From Paragordius varius (taxonomy: Eukaryota; Animalia; Nematomorpha), in contig OZ176054.1 of assembly GCA_964247055.1 (NCBI GenBank), forward strand, positions 1,798,001 to 1,862,000: a stretch of 64,000 bases of DNA, read 5' to 3'. Shown here one piece after another: positions 12,891 through 27,493 of the stretch; positions within the stretch are counted from its first letter, which is position 1; each line of letters starts with the position of its first letter. A program made the position numbers and the translations under genes. Under the pieces are notes generated by a model. That model was not told the DNA's origin, searched no databases, and worked only from the letters and a program-made list of their open reading frames with translations.

Positions 12891-15800
12891 TTTTTTTCAA
12901 TAATGATTTCAACGGAATAATGCAATAAATAAATGTCTAAAAATTAGTATTATAAAAATATAGATTTTTGAAAGAAAAGTTGATTTTTAATAGTAGATTA
13001 ACTAATGATGATATAGGTAAAATAAAATGACAGATAGTTATGGGCAAAAATGTAAATTAAAATGTGTTAAAAGAGCCACTTGAAATGTTACGGAAACTCT
13101 AAATGAAAATCATAAATTTTAAGTTGTCCAACAAAATTTTTTAAGCACCGCTTCGCACCGGTTCAAAATCAATGCAATCGGCCTCGTTCCTAAAAATTTA
13201 ACGGTTCTGGAATCGTCTTTTTTATTTGGAACCGGATTTTTTTGGTTCCTGACTTTTCATAAATGATTTCCACACAACATTTTTAATCATGTATATATAT
13301 GTACACACGTATTATTATATAAAATGACGAGATTTTTGTTTTTAATTTGGCACTAAATGCATACATAATATTGTTTATGATCGGTAATAAGTACCGCTAA
13401 TCTAACCTTACATGATAAAATTTTATTATTTGCGTAAAATTTTTGGTCAGTGAAAAACCATGAGGCCAAGTATCAATGACATATAGTAGGGCTCATCCTT
13501 TCGTTGATAAAATTTAGGGATTGGGTAAAATTATTTAAAGTAGATTTTAAAATTTTAAAACTAATACAGGTACGAACATACTACCTGGTTAAATTAATCG
13601 TATTTTCCCATTTTCTTAGCTATTAGATTCCAAAATATAATTTTTGGTTTTTTACCAGAAATTTAGTTCATAAATTGATAGGAATGTTTTTAATCTAGAG
13701 TTAAAAAAATCTGCCTAAATAATATATGTGGTTCTATTCAAGTGTTAAAGGATAATCAGAAAAAAACTGGCCATAGAAATTCCATATCAATCGGTAACGA
13801 GAAAAAAATGTTTTATATGATTGATTTTTTTACAAAATAATGTGGAACAAATGTCAAAATTAGGATGATAAATCATTTTTAAATAGAAACCAGAAAATAT
13901 TACCAAAACATATAAAAAACAAAACGTATTTTTAAAAAATAAAACATATGGAAACCGCTCATTTTTGATCTGGAGCGGAGCCAAGCTGCCAAGAATTTCA
14001 AAATGGACCCGGGGTCGTTCCTAAAATTTTAAAATCGGAACCAGTTTGGCTCCAACTCAACGGAAGCGGTTCTTGATTAAATATCAGAAGGCGGGTTTTG
14101 ATTTTTATATTTTTTAGACATCAATGCTAACAGGAAAATATCTTTAAATTAGAGGTTAACTTAATGTAAAGTTTTATTTAGTAATAGAAGAAGTGCATTT
14201 GAAAATAGTCATCTTTTTAAATAAAAAATGTTGGTTGCATTTGATTGAAATATTCCTTTTGAATGAAAAATGTTATAAATTAAATTTTAATTGGCTCACA
14301 AGAAACATTGAGGATTTATGACATCCCTTCGTCTTTGAAATTGACGCGCAAAGCCGTGATTAAACGATAAAAATTTTGATTAGCTTTTACTTTGGCATAA
14401 TAAAAAATGGACGCATTATTTAAAAAAGATTAAATTGTATTTTAGATTTTTATATCGCAACATTTTTTTGGATTTTTATGCATTATAAAATACATTTTTA
14501 ACATTAATCGATGCTGTTGAAGAAATTTAATTCAAAATTGAATTGAAACACATTTTACATTTACAGATTTAAATAAACGAGTATTTTTTTATAATATTTT
14601 GTTTAAATAGTGGATAACCTGGTGAAGTGTGTAAAATAATTTGCACATTTTTAGAAAATCAATGGGTTGAAATAAACCGTAAAGGTCATGAAGGGTTTTC
14701 GTTAAAAATCCAATTCAAATGTCTTTTTCGGAAAAAAAATAAAATTATATAGCAAAGAAAGTATATATTTGAATGTTGTTGGTTTTCATAAAATTTTCAT
14801 CTACAGTGTTTAACTACTTAAGATATATATTTATCACGTACATTGCCATATAATTTTATTAGGCACGTTAATTTTTCACGCATATTAGATTTCCCCTAAA
14901 ACCACCAACTTACATTGTTGCATTTGTGGTATTGATTTACAGATTATGACCGATGAATGCATCTATCTATGATCGGTCCAAAAATATCTTGAAAAAAAAT
15001 TATTGTACAATTTTATTTATACGATCTAAACAGGAAAAATGAGTTTTGTAAGTTTTGGGTATTTTGTAGAATTTTTAAAGCAAGATGCAAATAAATACTT
15101 TCTTATATTTTATTAGTCAAGCATAAAACTGCAAAAGTTCTTTAAAAATATAATGAAGCAAAATTTGTTTTTACACATATAAAATGTTCATATTTATTTG
15201 GGAACCATGTTGGATACCCCTGATTAAACCATGTTTTGGGGTTTTTTTAGAAATGTAATACAAGTTTTTGTGATTTATCTTTATGTTTTTTTTTGGTTAT
15301 GGTCTCATATTCAACAAAAATTTGGATATATCACACTTTTATACCGAAATCATTATGATTTAAAAGAAAACCAATATCAAACAAATCTTAATTTTTTTCT
15401 CTAAAAATACTGGAACACAAAACTTTGTTCTTTAATCTGAACCAGAAAGGATTTTTTAAGAAGTATGTTGAAAACTAGTTAAAAGTTTAACGAAAACGGT
15501 TCCCTTTCGATTTCTGAAAGATATTTAAAAGTTCAGAATATAACTAACACAAAACATTATCTAATTTTAGGAAAACATTATTTATAAACGGTTTATAATT
15601 TTACGCTTGATTGTTTAGGTGTATTATAGAAATTTCTGAACCGCTTAACCTATGATAAAAACACGCGAGATTTCAATTAATATTTTTCAAAATAGATATA
15701 AGCTATTTTATAATTTAGATAAGGAGTTCCCAACACAAATCGCTGCATTTTTAGTTCGAAAAACCCGACAAACCACATTCGAAATGTTAAGCATTCATAT

Positions 15801-16019
15801 ATTATTAATTAGATTTTAAACATAAGACTGCAAAAAGCAAACGCAATATAATATTTTTTTCTAGTTCTTGCCAAGGAGAGACTTTAGAATTGCCCTAAAA
15901 TATTTTTGCTAAGACTTTTGAGTTAATTTTTGCAAATTATTAATTTCCAAATTTTTCACGGGCTGCACATAAAGTTTTAGAGGGCCGCGTGGATACCCCA
16001 AATTGCATAACTTTAATTA

Positions 16020-16126
16020 TACCATTTACAGTTCAAATTCACCCTTAATTGGAATTGTTCAAGGATGATATGAATTGATCAAGGGTGAATTTGAATTTTT
16101 TAAGGGTGAATTCGAATTGTAAATAG
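16020..16126. mobile_element. Short, internally deleted family B2 MITE
   Basis: TACCATTTAC terminus with TTCAAATTCACCCTT units and inverted AAGGGTGAATTTGAA units, as in 46396-46657. Confidence 0.6.
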
Positions 16127-19100
16127 AAGAAAAAATCGTGAATGCCTATAATATCAAAAATTTAATCCATTATTTTTATAGCGTATGGTAACAAGCACAA
16201 ATGCTTGAAATTAAACAGCTTTTTCCTCTGTTGTTAATATTAATTTTGTTTATTTAATTATGGACAAACTTTTTTTTTATGTTATATGCTACTGTAACAT
16301 CGCACATTATCCCTAATATTATTATACCAATGGTAGTCCATGGTAGTTTAATATTAAACATTTTTAATGTTTGCCACTTGGTTTTAACCGACAATCTTAT
16401 TTTAATGGTGTCTTTAGGTCAATATTGATTTTGTTCTGATAAAGATCAAAGGTAATGAATGCTAATAATATTATATGATTTATAAAAACATAGTATCACT
16501 TATAAAAAAATTTATTGATAGTATATATATCTCATAAAAATATTTTTTATAAATGTTACCTTAGTCATTCATATAATGTATAGATTTTAATGATATATAA
16601 TTTATTCAAGTCATATATTTATTTACATAATCCATGCTTGACACTAATATTGATATTGAATGTGTAAAAATTAACAGCTTTTTATGATAGTTTTAACAGA
16701 AAAAAGTTTATTTTTCAGTTATAATTATAGGGACAAAATACTGAAATATTGATTGATTATTGGTTAGTTTTGCATAAGTCACAAAAAAATCTCTAAAAAA
16801 GATTGGTAAAAAATAGCAAATATGGATAGAAACTGACTTGTCTTTTTGGTGGGATTAACTAAAACAAAATTGATTTCTTATTATTCATATAAAAAATAAC
16901 CAGTTTTAAAAAGTATGTATTAAACATTTAATGCTTTTACATGACGGTTTTTTTGGTTTTATTTAATCTATAAATTAGTGAGTTTTATTTTAAACTAAAT
17001 TAAATTATCCCCCAAAAAGTGCAAAATCTGTTCGAATTAAGTTGTTCATTGATATGGCAATACTTTTCGCCTTATTTTTTTTACATGATTGACCATTAAA
17101 TATTTTTATTAACCATTAACGTGCTTTAAAAGAGTTTATATACACATGTCCTGAATGTATCAATAAATACAGACAGTTTTAATTTTATCTGAAATTCACC
17201 AATTCATTTAATATAACGATAATTATTTCACGTTTGCTTAATTTTTATGATATGCCACAAAAAGGCAACATCAGATTCTTTTACAAGGAGTACCCTTAAT
17301 AATGACCATTTGACCACTAATCTTTTTAGAAAACCAAAAAATTAACATTTAACCGTTATTTAAACCAGTGATTTTATTGCTTCGTATTTTCAATTGATCA
17401 AAATATAATTCTCATGCAACATACAAATGCAAAATTAATTAAACCTATCTCACAAAGCTCCCTCACCTCAATAATATTAATTAATAATTTTTTTACATTT
17501 TGGAATAAAAAAATTTTTAACTATTTATCATGTAGGGAATTACCTCGATAAATTCCCTTAATGCATTGTTAGTTAGGAAATTTTGTTATTATATTGTGAA
17601 TGTTTTGATACCTGTAATAAAGTCCAATAATAATACGCCTGTAAATACAAAAATTTTAAAATAATATTTTAAACACTTTTCAATACCTATGAGCTAGGTA
17701 TCGTATTTCAAAACTCTTTAGGATACTTATGATTTCATTTACCCTAACTTTAAAATATAGAGTATACAATAACTATGAAATTTACAAGATATAATAGTAT
17801 GTAAATATGAACTTGTAAAAACCATGAAACCAAACATGTATGTATATACATTTAAAAAATAAAATTAAGATCTAATTTAATTAAATTTATTGTAAATTAA
17901 AAATTAATTATATGTATACATTGTGGTGAATGAGTTTCTTTTCTACTGTATGTTTCTTTCTTTCATCAAAGGTGTTTTTATAATTTTTATGCGATACTGC
18001 TCAGTGTGCTAACATGTAATAAAAGATCTTATCGGAAAATTTCCTCCGTTTTTAAGGTACAATTTTGTGATAACAATTTGTTTTATCAGAGGAGGTACTA
18101 TATATGAATAGATCTAATAAGCCCTTTCTTAGTAATATACCTGCGTGCGTGATATTTTTAAGTACACATATTTTTATGAATTATGGCGGCGAATTATCCT
18201 TTGATCTAAAACTTTAAACAGATTTATCCTATAGATTGATATCAATAAATGTTATATGGTAGATGAATATCTAAAGGAAATTATCAATCATTTAAAATGT
18301 ACAGTTTATAACCATTTTTGTATAGCACACATAAACACACAGAAGGTATCCTCATAACTTACACAAAAAATGTATGTATATTTTATTAAAAACAGACTTA
18401 ATTAATTACATAAATTTAGTAAAACCACGATTTTTTAATATGTAATTTAAGTAATGATATATATTTTTAAAACATGATATTTATTATGGGAATATATAAA
18501 ATTGATTTTTTCCCATATGCTGGCTATTAAAATTTGTGTTTATACCACAATGTTAGCTATTTTCATGTTTTTGATACCCATATAGCCCTTATGTAGAAAA
18601 AGTTTAATAAAAAATCATTAAATTTTTATACTTAATATGTTTGATGGCAGGCAACTTAAATTTAATTCTCATGTATTTAAAAATCCCCAAATATGGGTAC
18701 TGATAAATAACAATATTCCAAATCATATCCATATTTATAAAAATGATTCTCAACTTTAAAAAAATAATCTCTATTTGATATAGCTCCCTTTTATGTCCAA
18801 TTAATAATGAATCTTAAAACAACAATAAGCTCTGCAAAAAAAACAAATATTTTTTTTTATTTGATATTCATAAATTTCATATATAAATTACTTTCTTAGA
18901 AAATATATAAAACTAACTATACCTCTTTGAGGAGTGAATACTACTGAAAAAAGGTGAGCTTTTTATACCTTATAAAGGTTTTATAGATATTTAATAAATA
19001 TAGGTTCTTGGTTCTAGGGATATTTTTATTGGTTAAGAAAGATGAAAATTTAAATGTATGGATGTAGGTAGATTTATTTCGTACATTAAAAAACGAAAAA

Positions 19101-20997
19101 ATCATAAGTTTAGGTTTACATGTTAAGTTATTTCTCCATTCACCAATTAAAATACTCTTATCTCCAATAAATAAATTTTTTTCTTTAAAACAATGCAACA
19201 CATGTAGATTTAACATATAGATTTGTAAATACAAATAGTCTTAAGTTAAGAAAAAGAAAGAAATAAAAGACCTTTTACGCCTATTTTTACTTATGCGTAA
19301 AAGATTTAAAAAGAATGTATTAATAATAATACCTTATATTTTTTCTAATACCTACCTTTACTACCTTCTTATAATATTTATTTACCTTAAAATAAAAAAA
19401 TTCACCTCTCAAATACATTGTATTATATATTTGTAAAATTTTTATAATATTTTCAATATATATATATATATATATATGAAACAAGATTTTTTTGTATATA
19501 AAAAGTTTTAAAAGATAGATTTTGGGCCATCAAACACACAAATTTTTGAGAAATTTTAATATCAAAAATACAGATAAAAAGATGAGTATTACTAGGAAAT
19601 AAACATGTTAGTATTTTATATGAGTATAAATATCATTTTTAATCTTTTCTTTTGCCATATATGCGAGTCTGCTTTACACACCTACCTAAATGTTTATATG
19701 CTATGTAAAATGTTTAATAAAAAAACATTTGTATTTATAAGCATTTTTATATTGTAATTTTTTTTAAATTTGATAAAACTATCCCTTATTTTTCAGTTCG
19801 ACAATAACCAATTTCGCCCATATAAATTATATATATATATCTCCTCTAGTTATCCGAATAAATATTTTATTTAGGCGCACATCATAAATCATTGCAACAT
19901 TGAATTTTATTATTACAATACATATAACAGTTTTAAAAGGAGATATTATATATAAATTTGAATATTCATACTACATATTTACTTAGTATGTATATACATA
20001 ATTCTTCTGTAGCATAGTTCATATTTTAACTTTTTTATATCTCGCTTTTAACACATTAAATACTTATTTCACGAAAATCGCTAAAAAAATTTTAGGGTAC
20101 AACTGCTTTATATCTATCTACATATTACCAAATCATACGAAAACCACATTGGAAAAAAACCGGATACATATACCAACATTATTGTGAAAATTAGTAATAA
20201 AATTTTTATAATCTCAATCTCACTCACTCATCTCAACAATATTTTTATCTGGTAATTCAATACCCAACACCCTAATTTATTTTTGCAACTTTTTTTCACC
20301 CATAATATCCAATTATTCATATTCATTGAGATTCATTTGGAATTACACGTTGGTTTTTGAATATCGAATTGCATACCCATTTTCATACTCTATATAAAAT
20401 AATCTTCGTTTAGTTAAATTTCCTATTCGTTTTTGATATTAGTAGCTGGAAATACTTTTAATCTGTTCCGAATCGGGTAAAAGCTATTTTATAAAAATGG
20501 AACTTTTGCAGTTAATTTGATTGGTAACATTTTGATCTTTCTTCAAACAACTAAGAATTACACGGATAAAATTGTATAGTAAAAGAATCCGAATTTTTTT
20601 TGCTTAAGAATATTGAATACATATTTACGCGGGATCACTGTTAATCTGTGCTGCAAAGAATTTCATGAAAAGAAAGAAAAACATTTCGCACAAATAGTAA
20701 TAACTTTATAATCATTATTATTTTTATTACATATCTTTCTTGTTAGAAATACTATCTACAAAATTTAGCACATTCAAAAATTGTGTGCTTAAACATATGC
20801 ATTTGAAACAATAATCTCATTTTCTCTACAAAATCATTCATTACATGTAAAATATTGTATAAATCAATCGTCTACCAAAATCTTTCGCCACTACCTTTAC
20901 GCATATTATTACCAAATTTACTTTTATTTCAATCATTGGGAAATAATGGCTAAATATATCTGATTATCAGACTAAATAAACCGCCCCCTCAAATCAA

Positions 20998-23900
20998 ATG
21001 ACTCAGGCTGTAAGATCACAAGAATTACCATGGATTAAGTTTAGAGAACGAGCAGGTGGCCACAATGAAATGGGCCGGCATGATGTGGCAACCACCAATT
21101 TCTTAAACCCCAATTATTACAACAGCAATAATCATGTGATAAAAGATGAAAAATATTCACAAATATTATCCCATCATCACACACGACCGTATTCCTGCTA
21201 TTTTGGGTATGGGACTGCCGATGAATCAGCTGATTACAAAAACTTTGGCACCACGGCGACAGACGATGAATCTAAATCCAACAAGGTTATTTCTCTCCTG
21301 TTATCTGAAAAACTGCTCAATCAAAATGGCATGATTGCAGACCACGATGAATCAAAACACGTGAGTAGTAGTGATGTTGATAAACGGATGCGATCTTTTC
21401 CAGATTCATCAAAGAAATTTATTCTTTCCACCTCACCAACTCAAATTTCGTCGTCTGCTTTGCCGACGACCAACTCCAACAAAGATCATTTGCACCAAAT
21501 ATGTCCCAACAACATTAATCCACATCATTCACATTATAACACGAATTATCAATATCCGCCATTACGCGAACGGAGATTCTATTATATACATGATAAGTAT
21601 AATCATACCTCATACGTACGAGGCAAATTTTTGGGAAAGGTGATTTTCCTTTTTTTCATATTATACTTTTAAACCTAAAAAAAGTTTGAAGAAATTGATT
21701 GATTTTAACAGATTAAAGTCGCTTCCGTGGACCTTGTCATTTATTCTAATATTATAATAGAGAATTTAGCATTTATTTATTTATTTATGGGCGAAAATCA
21801 CGATTTTTTGTTGGTTGGAAACCATCATTAATTTATATCTACAGTAATTTGTACTTGAATAATTTTCCATGGTCATTTATTATATATTTATTATACATTT
21901 ACCATTTTTTTTATATCATCTTTAATGAGTAAAATGTATTCAATAAGAAAACATCACCTGTCGATAAATATATATTATTTGTATTTTTTATAGGATGATA
22001 TGTAGGTACTTAAGGGTTTAATCAACATGATATATATACATATAATTACTGAAATTTTTAATGTGTACAGTAAAGATATAATCTCAAGAATGACCAGTAA
22101 GACAAAATTTTTATGGCTTATGTACAACATGTGAATGAATTTTAAAAAAGTTTTCCAATGAACACCACACCATTTATTGACTTTCTTTATTGAACAGATA
22201 GTTATCTATGTTTTGATTAAGAACCATATCTCAGAGAATATTTACAATGTGAGAAATTTGAGTTCATAAAATATGTACATATCTCGAGAGACTCTAATCT
22301 GTAATATAAAAAAAGTTTATCACTAATAGGTGTGATATGAACAATTTAAGGGCCACTCCACTAACTAATGTATAGAAAGGGATATATGTATATAAATTTA
22401 TTAGATATACGTGCTTAATCAAAATTTAATAAACCCCAACAAATTTTATTCACAGACAAAACCACCAAAAATATTTATTTTTCCTCAATTTGTTTCTTAT
22501 ATGATGTTAACAGATTGTAAATTTGCTGTTAAAATTTATCCATTGTTATATATGTATATATTTGAATCGTAACTTTCATTTTTATAATATCTTTATACAT
22601 ATTGTTAAAATAATATTTATAACAAAAAAAAAGGTTAGATATTGTGTATAATTAATTGTTATTTAGTAACATTTTGTTTAATAATAATTAATTTTAGCAA
22701 ACATAACATTCCTTATGTGTATGCATTCAGAATCGCGAGAATTCAGTTGTATTGTTCATTCTTTTGTTCAAATGAAAATTGAAAAAAAACTGAATATATC
22801 AAAACTTTTACTTTTTTTCACAGTTAGTGTTATTGTGCAGACTTCGTGATCCCTCATATCTCTAAGCTATTTGCTTGCATGACTCTGCACTTTTTTTACT
22901 GTAGGAAAATGTGTTTTTTTTTTGAAAAATATAAAGGTTACACAAAATTATATGTGTATATGTGACTTTTTGTTAAAATTTATATATATATATATATATA
23001 TATGATTGAAGATGCTACAATTTACTTATTTTAGCTTTCAAAGAATTCTTCATGTTACTGAAAACTATGTATTTATAAAACAAAAGTTCTTTATACATTT
23101 TTTAAATCGCACCTATTCTGTTAAAATATCTTATTTTTATAAATTAAAAATATACGGCAGTCGCAACATTAATATTTTCATTTTTTTATCATGATAAAAG
23201 ATGCTTATTATGGAAAATCTAAATTTTGTAAGGTTCAAAAACTTTTTTAAGGCTATTTTAGTTAAAGTTTGTAAAATTTAACTATGTTTTGCAATTTCAA
23301 GTTCCCTAGACATTAAAATCCAAAGTTTTACTTATAATTGATTTGACAGATTTTTAAGAAATAAATTCATATAAACTGTGTGTTATTGACCTTAAATAAT
23401 TTTTATTTCTATAAAATATAAAATACATATTTGTATTACGAATGCGTTATATTTTTTCAGTTTTAACCTTTTATGTGCATGTTGCATATATGGAATTACA
23501 ATTTTAATCCCATTCCCCCTCCCTAAACTACTATTGCATAAAATTGAATATTTATTTATTTCAAATAATTTTTTAACAAGTCAAAATTAGTATTTTTTCA
23601 TCTAACATGGTATTCCAAGTATATAATATTTCTGATTTTTTTACATTTTAACATTTGGGAACATTTTTTAATACGATAGATCGATCATTGTGAAAAATCT
23701 TTTGACTTAAAAGACAGATGCCATATTATAAAAAAGTGTCATTATATTTTAAAATAATTCATAATTGGAGAATAAGTTAAGTTTTATAACTTTGAACTTT
23801 TAGTAAAGTGTGACACACCCGCCTTCCCTAATTTGTAAAAAAAGGTTTAGTGTTAATTTCATATACTATAATACATCTAATATTATTGTCAGATATTTCA

Positions 23901-26900
23901 TATAAAATTGATTTCAATCTAGGTTTATTGCTAACAAGAAACGGAAGGTTTTGTTTAAATTTTGCGGTATATATAACTTTATTGATTTCGAATTGCTTGA
24001 GTGTGACTGACAACTTTTTTATGACGTTCCATGTATCTATTTTATATGTAATTCAATACTTATAATAACTCAACACATACATGCCACATTAAAACAATGA
24101 ACTTTAACCAAAGTCACTAATACGACTGATAAACTTTAAATAAAATTATTTTTTTATTTCAAAAAAAAATTGACAACAGAGAGCGTCTTTAAGTTTATGG
24201 CATTAGTAGATAGGTGTAGAGGTAATTCGATATAATAAAATCAATTTTAGATTAATTAGATTTAATATAAATGTTATAATAATTTTAGATTTGCCATTAA
24301 TTTTACACGTATCAGATGTTTAAGCACCCTGTTAATTAATAAGGAAAGAGGTTAACACTTCGATTCAAATTGGGGTATCTAAATACCCCGGATATGATTT
24401 ATAAAAAACTACTGAAGGAAACGGTCCCAATTTAAACTTATGCTTCTATCCTGTTTAAAATTATATAAATATGCCAAAATATTTTGATAAAATTTTGTTT
24501 TGAAAAAAAAGTTCCATATCAAACTACTTCGACGCCATTTTTATTTTACAAAATTTTTGCAAAATATCGTCTTAATTTAATTTTAAGTGTAAAACTAAAG
24601 CTAAAATTTAATATAAATTACATCTAACATTGATAGAAATAAAAAAAGCGGTGTTTAATGTATTATTTTTTAAATTTACCATTTGACACATGTCACGTTG
24701 ACGAAAATTTTACCTTTCAGTTTTAGCTTAAAATATTTAATATAAAATATTTTTGAATAAAATTTTTTATATATTTAGGTTTATTAATGTTATATAAGTG
24801 CAAAATTTTGCCATGGATTGGATTTCTTCCATACTTTTTAAAGTATTTGATTTTAAGCAGGCCTGGGGTATCCAACTACCCCAATTTGATTCGAAGGACT
24901 AAAATGAGTGTGTTGTATCCAAGTGTTAAATATTTTTATGTAATTAATTATCTTTTAATTTAAATTTTTTATATTTAGGGTGGATTTGCTAAATGTTATA
25001 AATTTACGAACGTTACCACAAATGCTCAATATGCCGCCAAAGTCATAACCAAATCAAAACTTACAAAACCATCACATCGAGACCAGGTACCACCCTTGCT
25101 TTAAAAAAAATTTTTCCACAAATTATTTTAAATACATATACATATTTTAGGATATATTACATTTCTGAGTATACATTTCCAGGATACATAATATATGTTA
25201 AAATAAATATATCACACTCTTTATATTATATTCTCATATTTCTATGATGATTCAACTCTAAAAAACAACACCACGGGTTATAAAACTTAACATTTTTCCT
25301 ATCAAACTTGTTTTATTTAGGGGAGATGTGCCTTTTTACCTGTTTTTGGCATAGAAATGAAATTTTTTTTGTATTTCATGTTTTAATTACTAATGTAAAA
25401 CATACCGCTAAAACATAATTTTTTGACTTGGTGTATATCTTTGATGTATTGCTATTTTTTCATCAAAAAGTTTGTTTAACTTTGACATCTTAATTGTGCA
25501 AAAAACAAAAGATACATATATAGGACATTTTATTTTTCCTCTATGAATTGGTCAGTTGAATACAAATTATACCGGAAATGTATAATTTTTATTTTAAAAT
25601 TTATTTTGTTTTTTTGTTGAAAATAATTTGTTATACTTTTTCAAAAGTATTAATTTTTAATTATGCATGTCTCATATGTGAAAAAAATAGGTTAATCGTG
25701 AAATTGATATCCATAAACCACTAAACCATCCCAACATTGTGAATTTGGTGAATAGTTTTGAGGATGATTACTATCTCTACATTATGCTAGAATACTGTGA
25801 TAATAAAGTAATATATATATATATATACAAAACTTAAAAACAATTCTTTTTTTCCAAAATATATTTATTGAATGATTTTACTATAATAATAAGTAAATAA
25901 ATTACAAGTTTTGAAGGGTAATGGGAAATAGTGTGTGATTTTCTTGCATTATAATAAATAACTAAGCAGCCAGGCAATTATGTAATAAAGAAAGAACAAA
26001 TTTGGTATTAGGCAACAAAGTAGAGCGGAAAAATAGAGATTTTTTCCATTAAAACTAACTACTCTAGTTCTCCGTTTTAATCTAAAACAAATTAGGCACA
26101 AGGTCGCACGCGCATATATTTTAAACTTTTAGTTAGTTCTTTTTATCCAATTTTTAATTGTTCCGAATATGGGAAGACTAGACAGTAATACAATTGATAT
26201 CTATATGGGTTTTGATTTTTGTAAGATAAACTACATTGTGATTAATATTTTGGCTGATAATTAAATATGTTATGAAAATAATGTTTTCTTTACTATATAT
26301 AAGCACTATAGTGTTAGATGATCAATCAGAAAGGGCTTTAACACTTTGATTCAAATTGGGGTAACTGGTTACCTTGGACCATATTAAAATTAATAATTTA
26401 AAAAAACTGCTGAGAGATATGGTTCCAAATCCTATTCATCTATCCTAATAAAAATTATATAAATACGCCATTTTATTTTACAACATTTTTGTTAATATCG
26501 TGTTTTTTATTCTAACGCTAAAAAAGTTTTTTTATCAAAATCACATATGAATAGAAAAGCGGTTTATTTTAATTTATTTTTATAACTAGCTAATGCACAC
26601 ATGTTATGTTGGCTAAATTTTTAATTTCAGGTTTAACAATAAAATGAGTAAGTAATTTTTTTTGAGTGAATCATCCCTTCATTATTGTGTTATAAAAGTG
26701 CACAAACATTTGCCATGGTTTTAATTTATTCCATATTTTTTTGAAATTTGATTTTAAACAGGTCTGGGGTTGTTACTAGTTACTCCAATTTGAAACAAAG
26801 GACTGAAGTATATGTGCTGTATTTAAGTGTTAATTAAATACTCTTGTTATCAACACCCTATGATAAAAATGGTGTGTTTAAAACAAGCAGATATTGGAGT

Positions 26901-27441
26901 CCAAGATTTCTTTCATTAAATTTTTTAAACAAAAAATATTTTTTTCTTCATAAAACTAAATGATTTTTGTTTGTTTTTGTGTGTAAACCAGACCCTAGTT
27001 GAATTGATTAAGGATAATGGGCCACTGTCTGAAGGCGAGGCTCGGTTTTTCCTTCAACAAATTTTGAGCGCTGTTCAATACCTTCATAATGTTGAACATA
27101 TTTTACATCGTGATCTGAAATTGGGTAATATGTTTTTAACGCGAAAACATAAACTAAAGGTTGGCGATTTTGGACTTTCGTCCCATATCAAGGATATCCC
27201 TAAAAAAGTGTAAGAAGACAACAACTACTTTGCTATTTCATTATTGATTTTTTCATACTTTTGAGTGATTTTTGGGTGGTTGATATTAAAACAAACAAAG
27301 AAAGAAAGAAACAAAGGGTCAATGTAATAGAATATTAATTAATGTTTTAAATTTATTATTTATGCCTTTTAAAATTTTTATCGAGACAAGTATATGTCGA
27401 TTTTTAATTTTAAATATAATTAAAATTCGAAATTAGACTAA

Positions 27442-27493
<52 letters not shown>

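Noticed and set aside
13147-14070. GGAACC/GGTTCC-rich clusters with an 8-bp inverted match (ACCGCTTC / GAAGCGGT)
   Set aside because: Probably ends of a degraded MITE, but there is no TSD and no second copy in the window, so boundaries cannot be supported.
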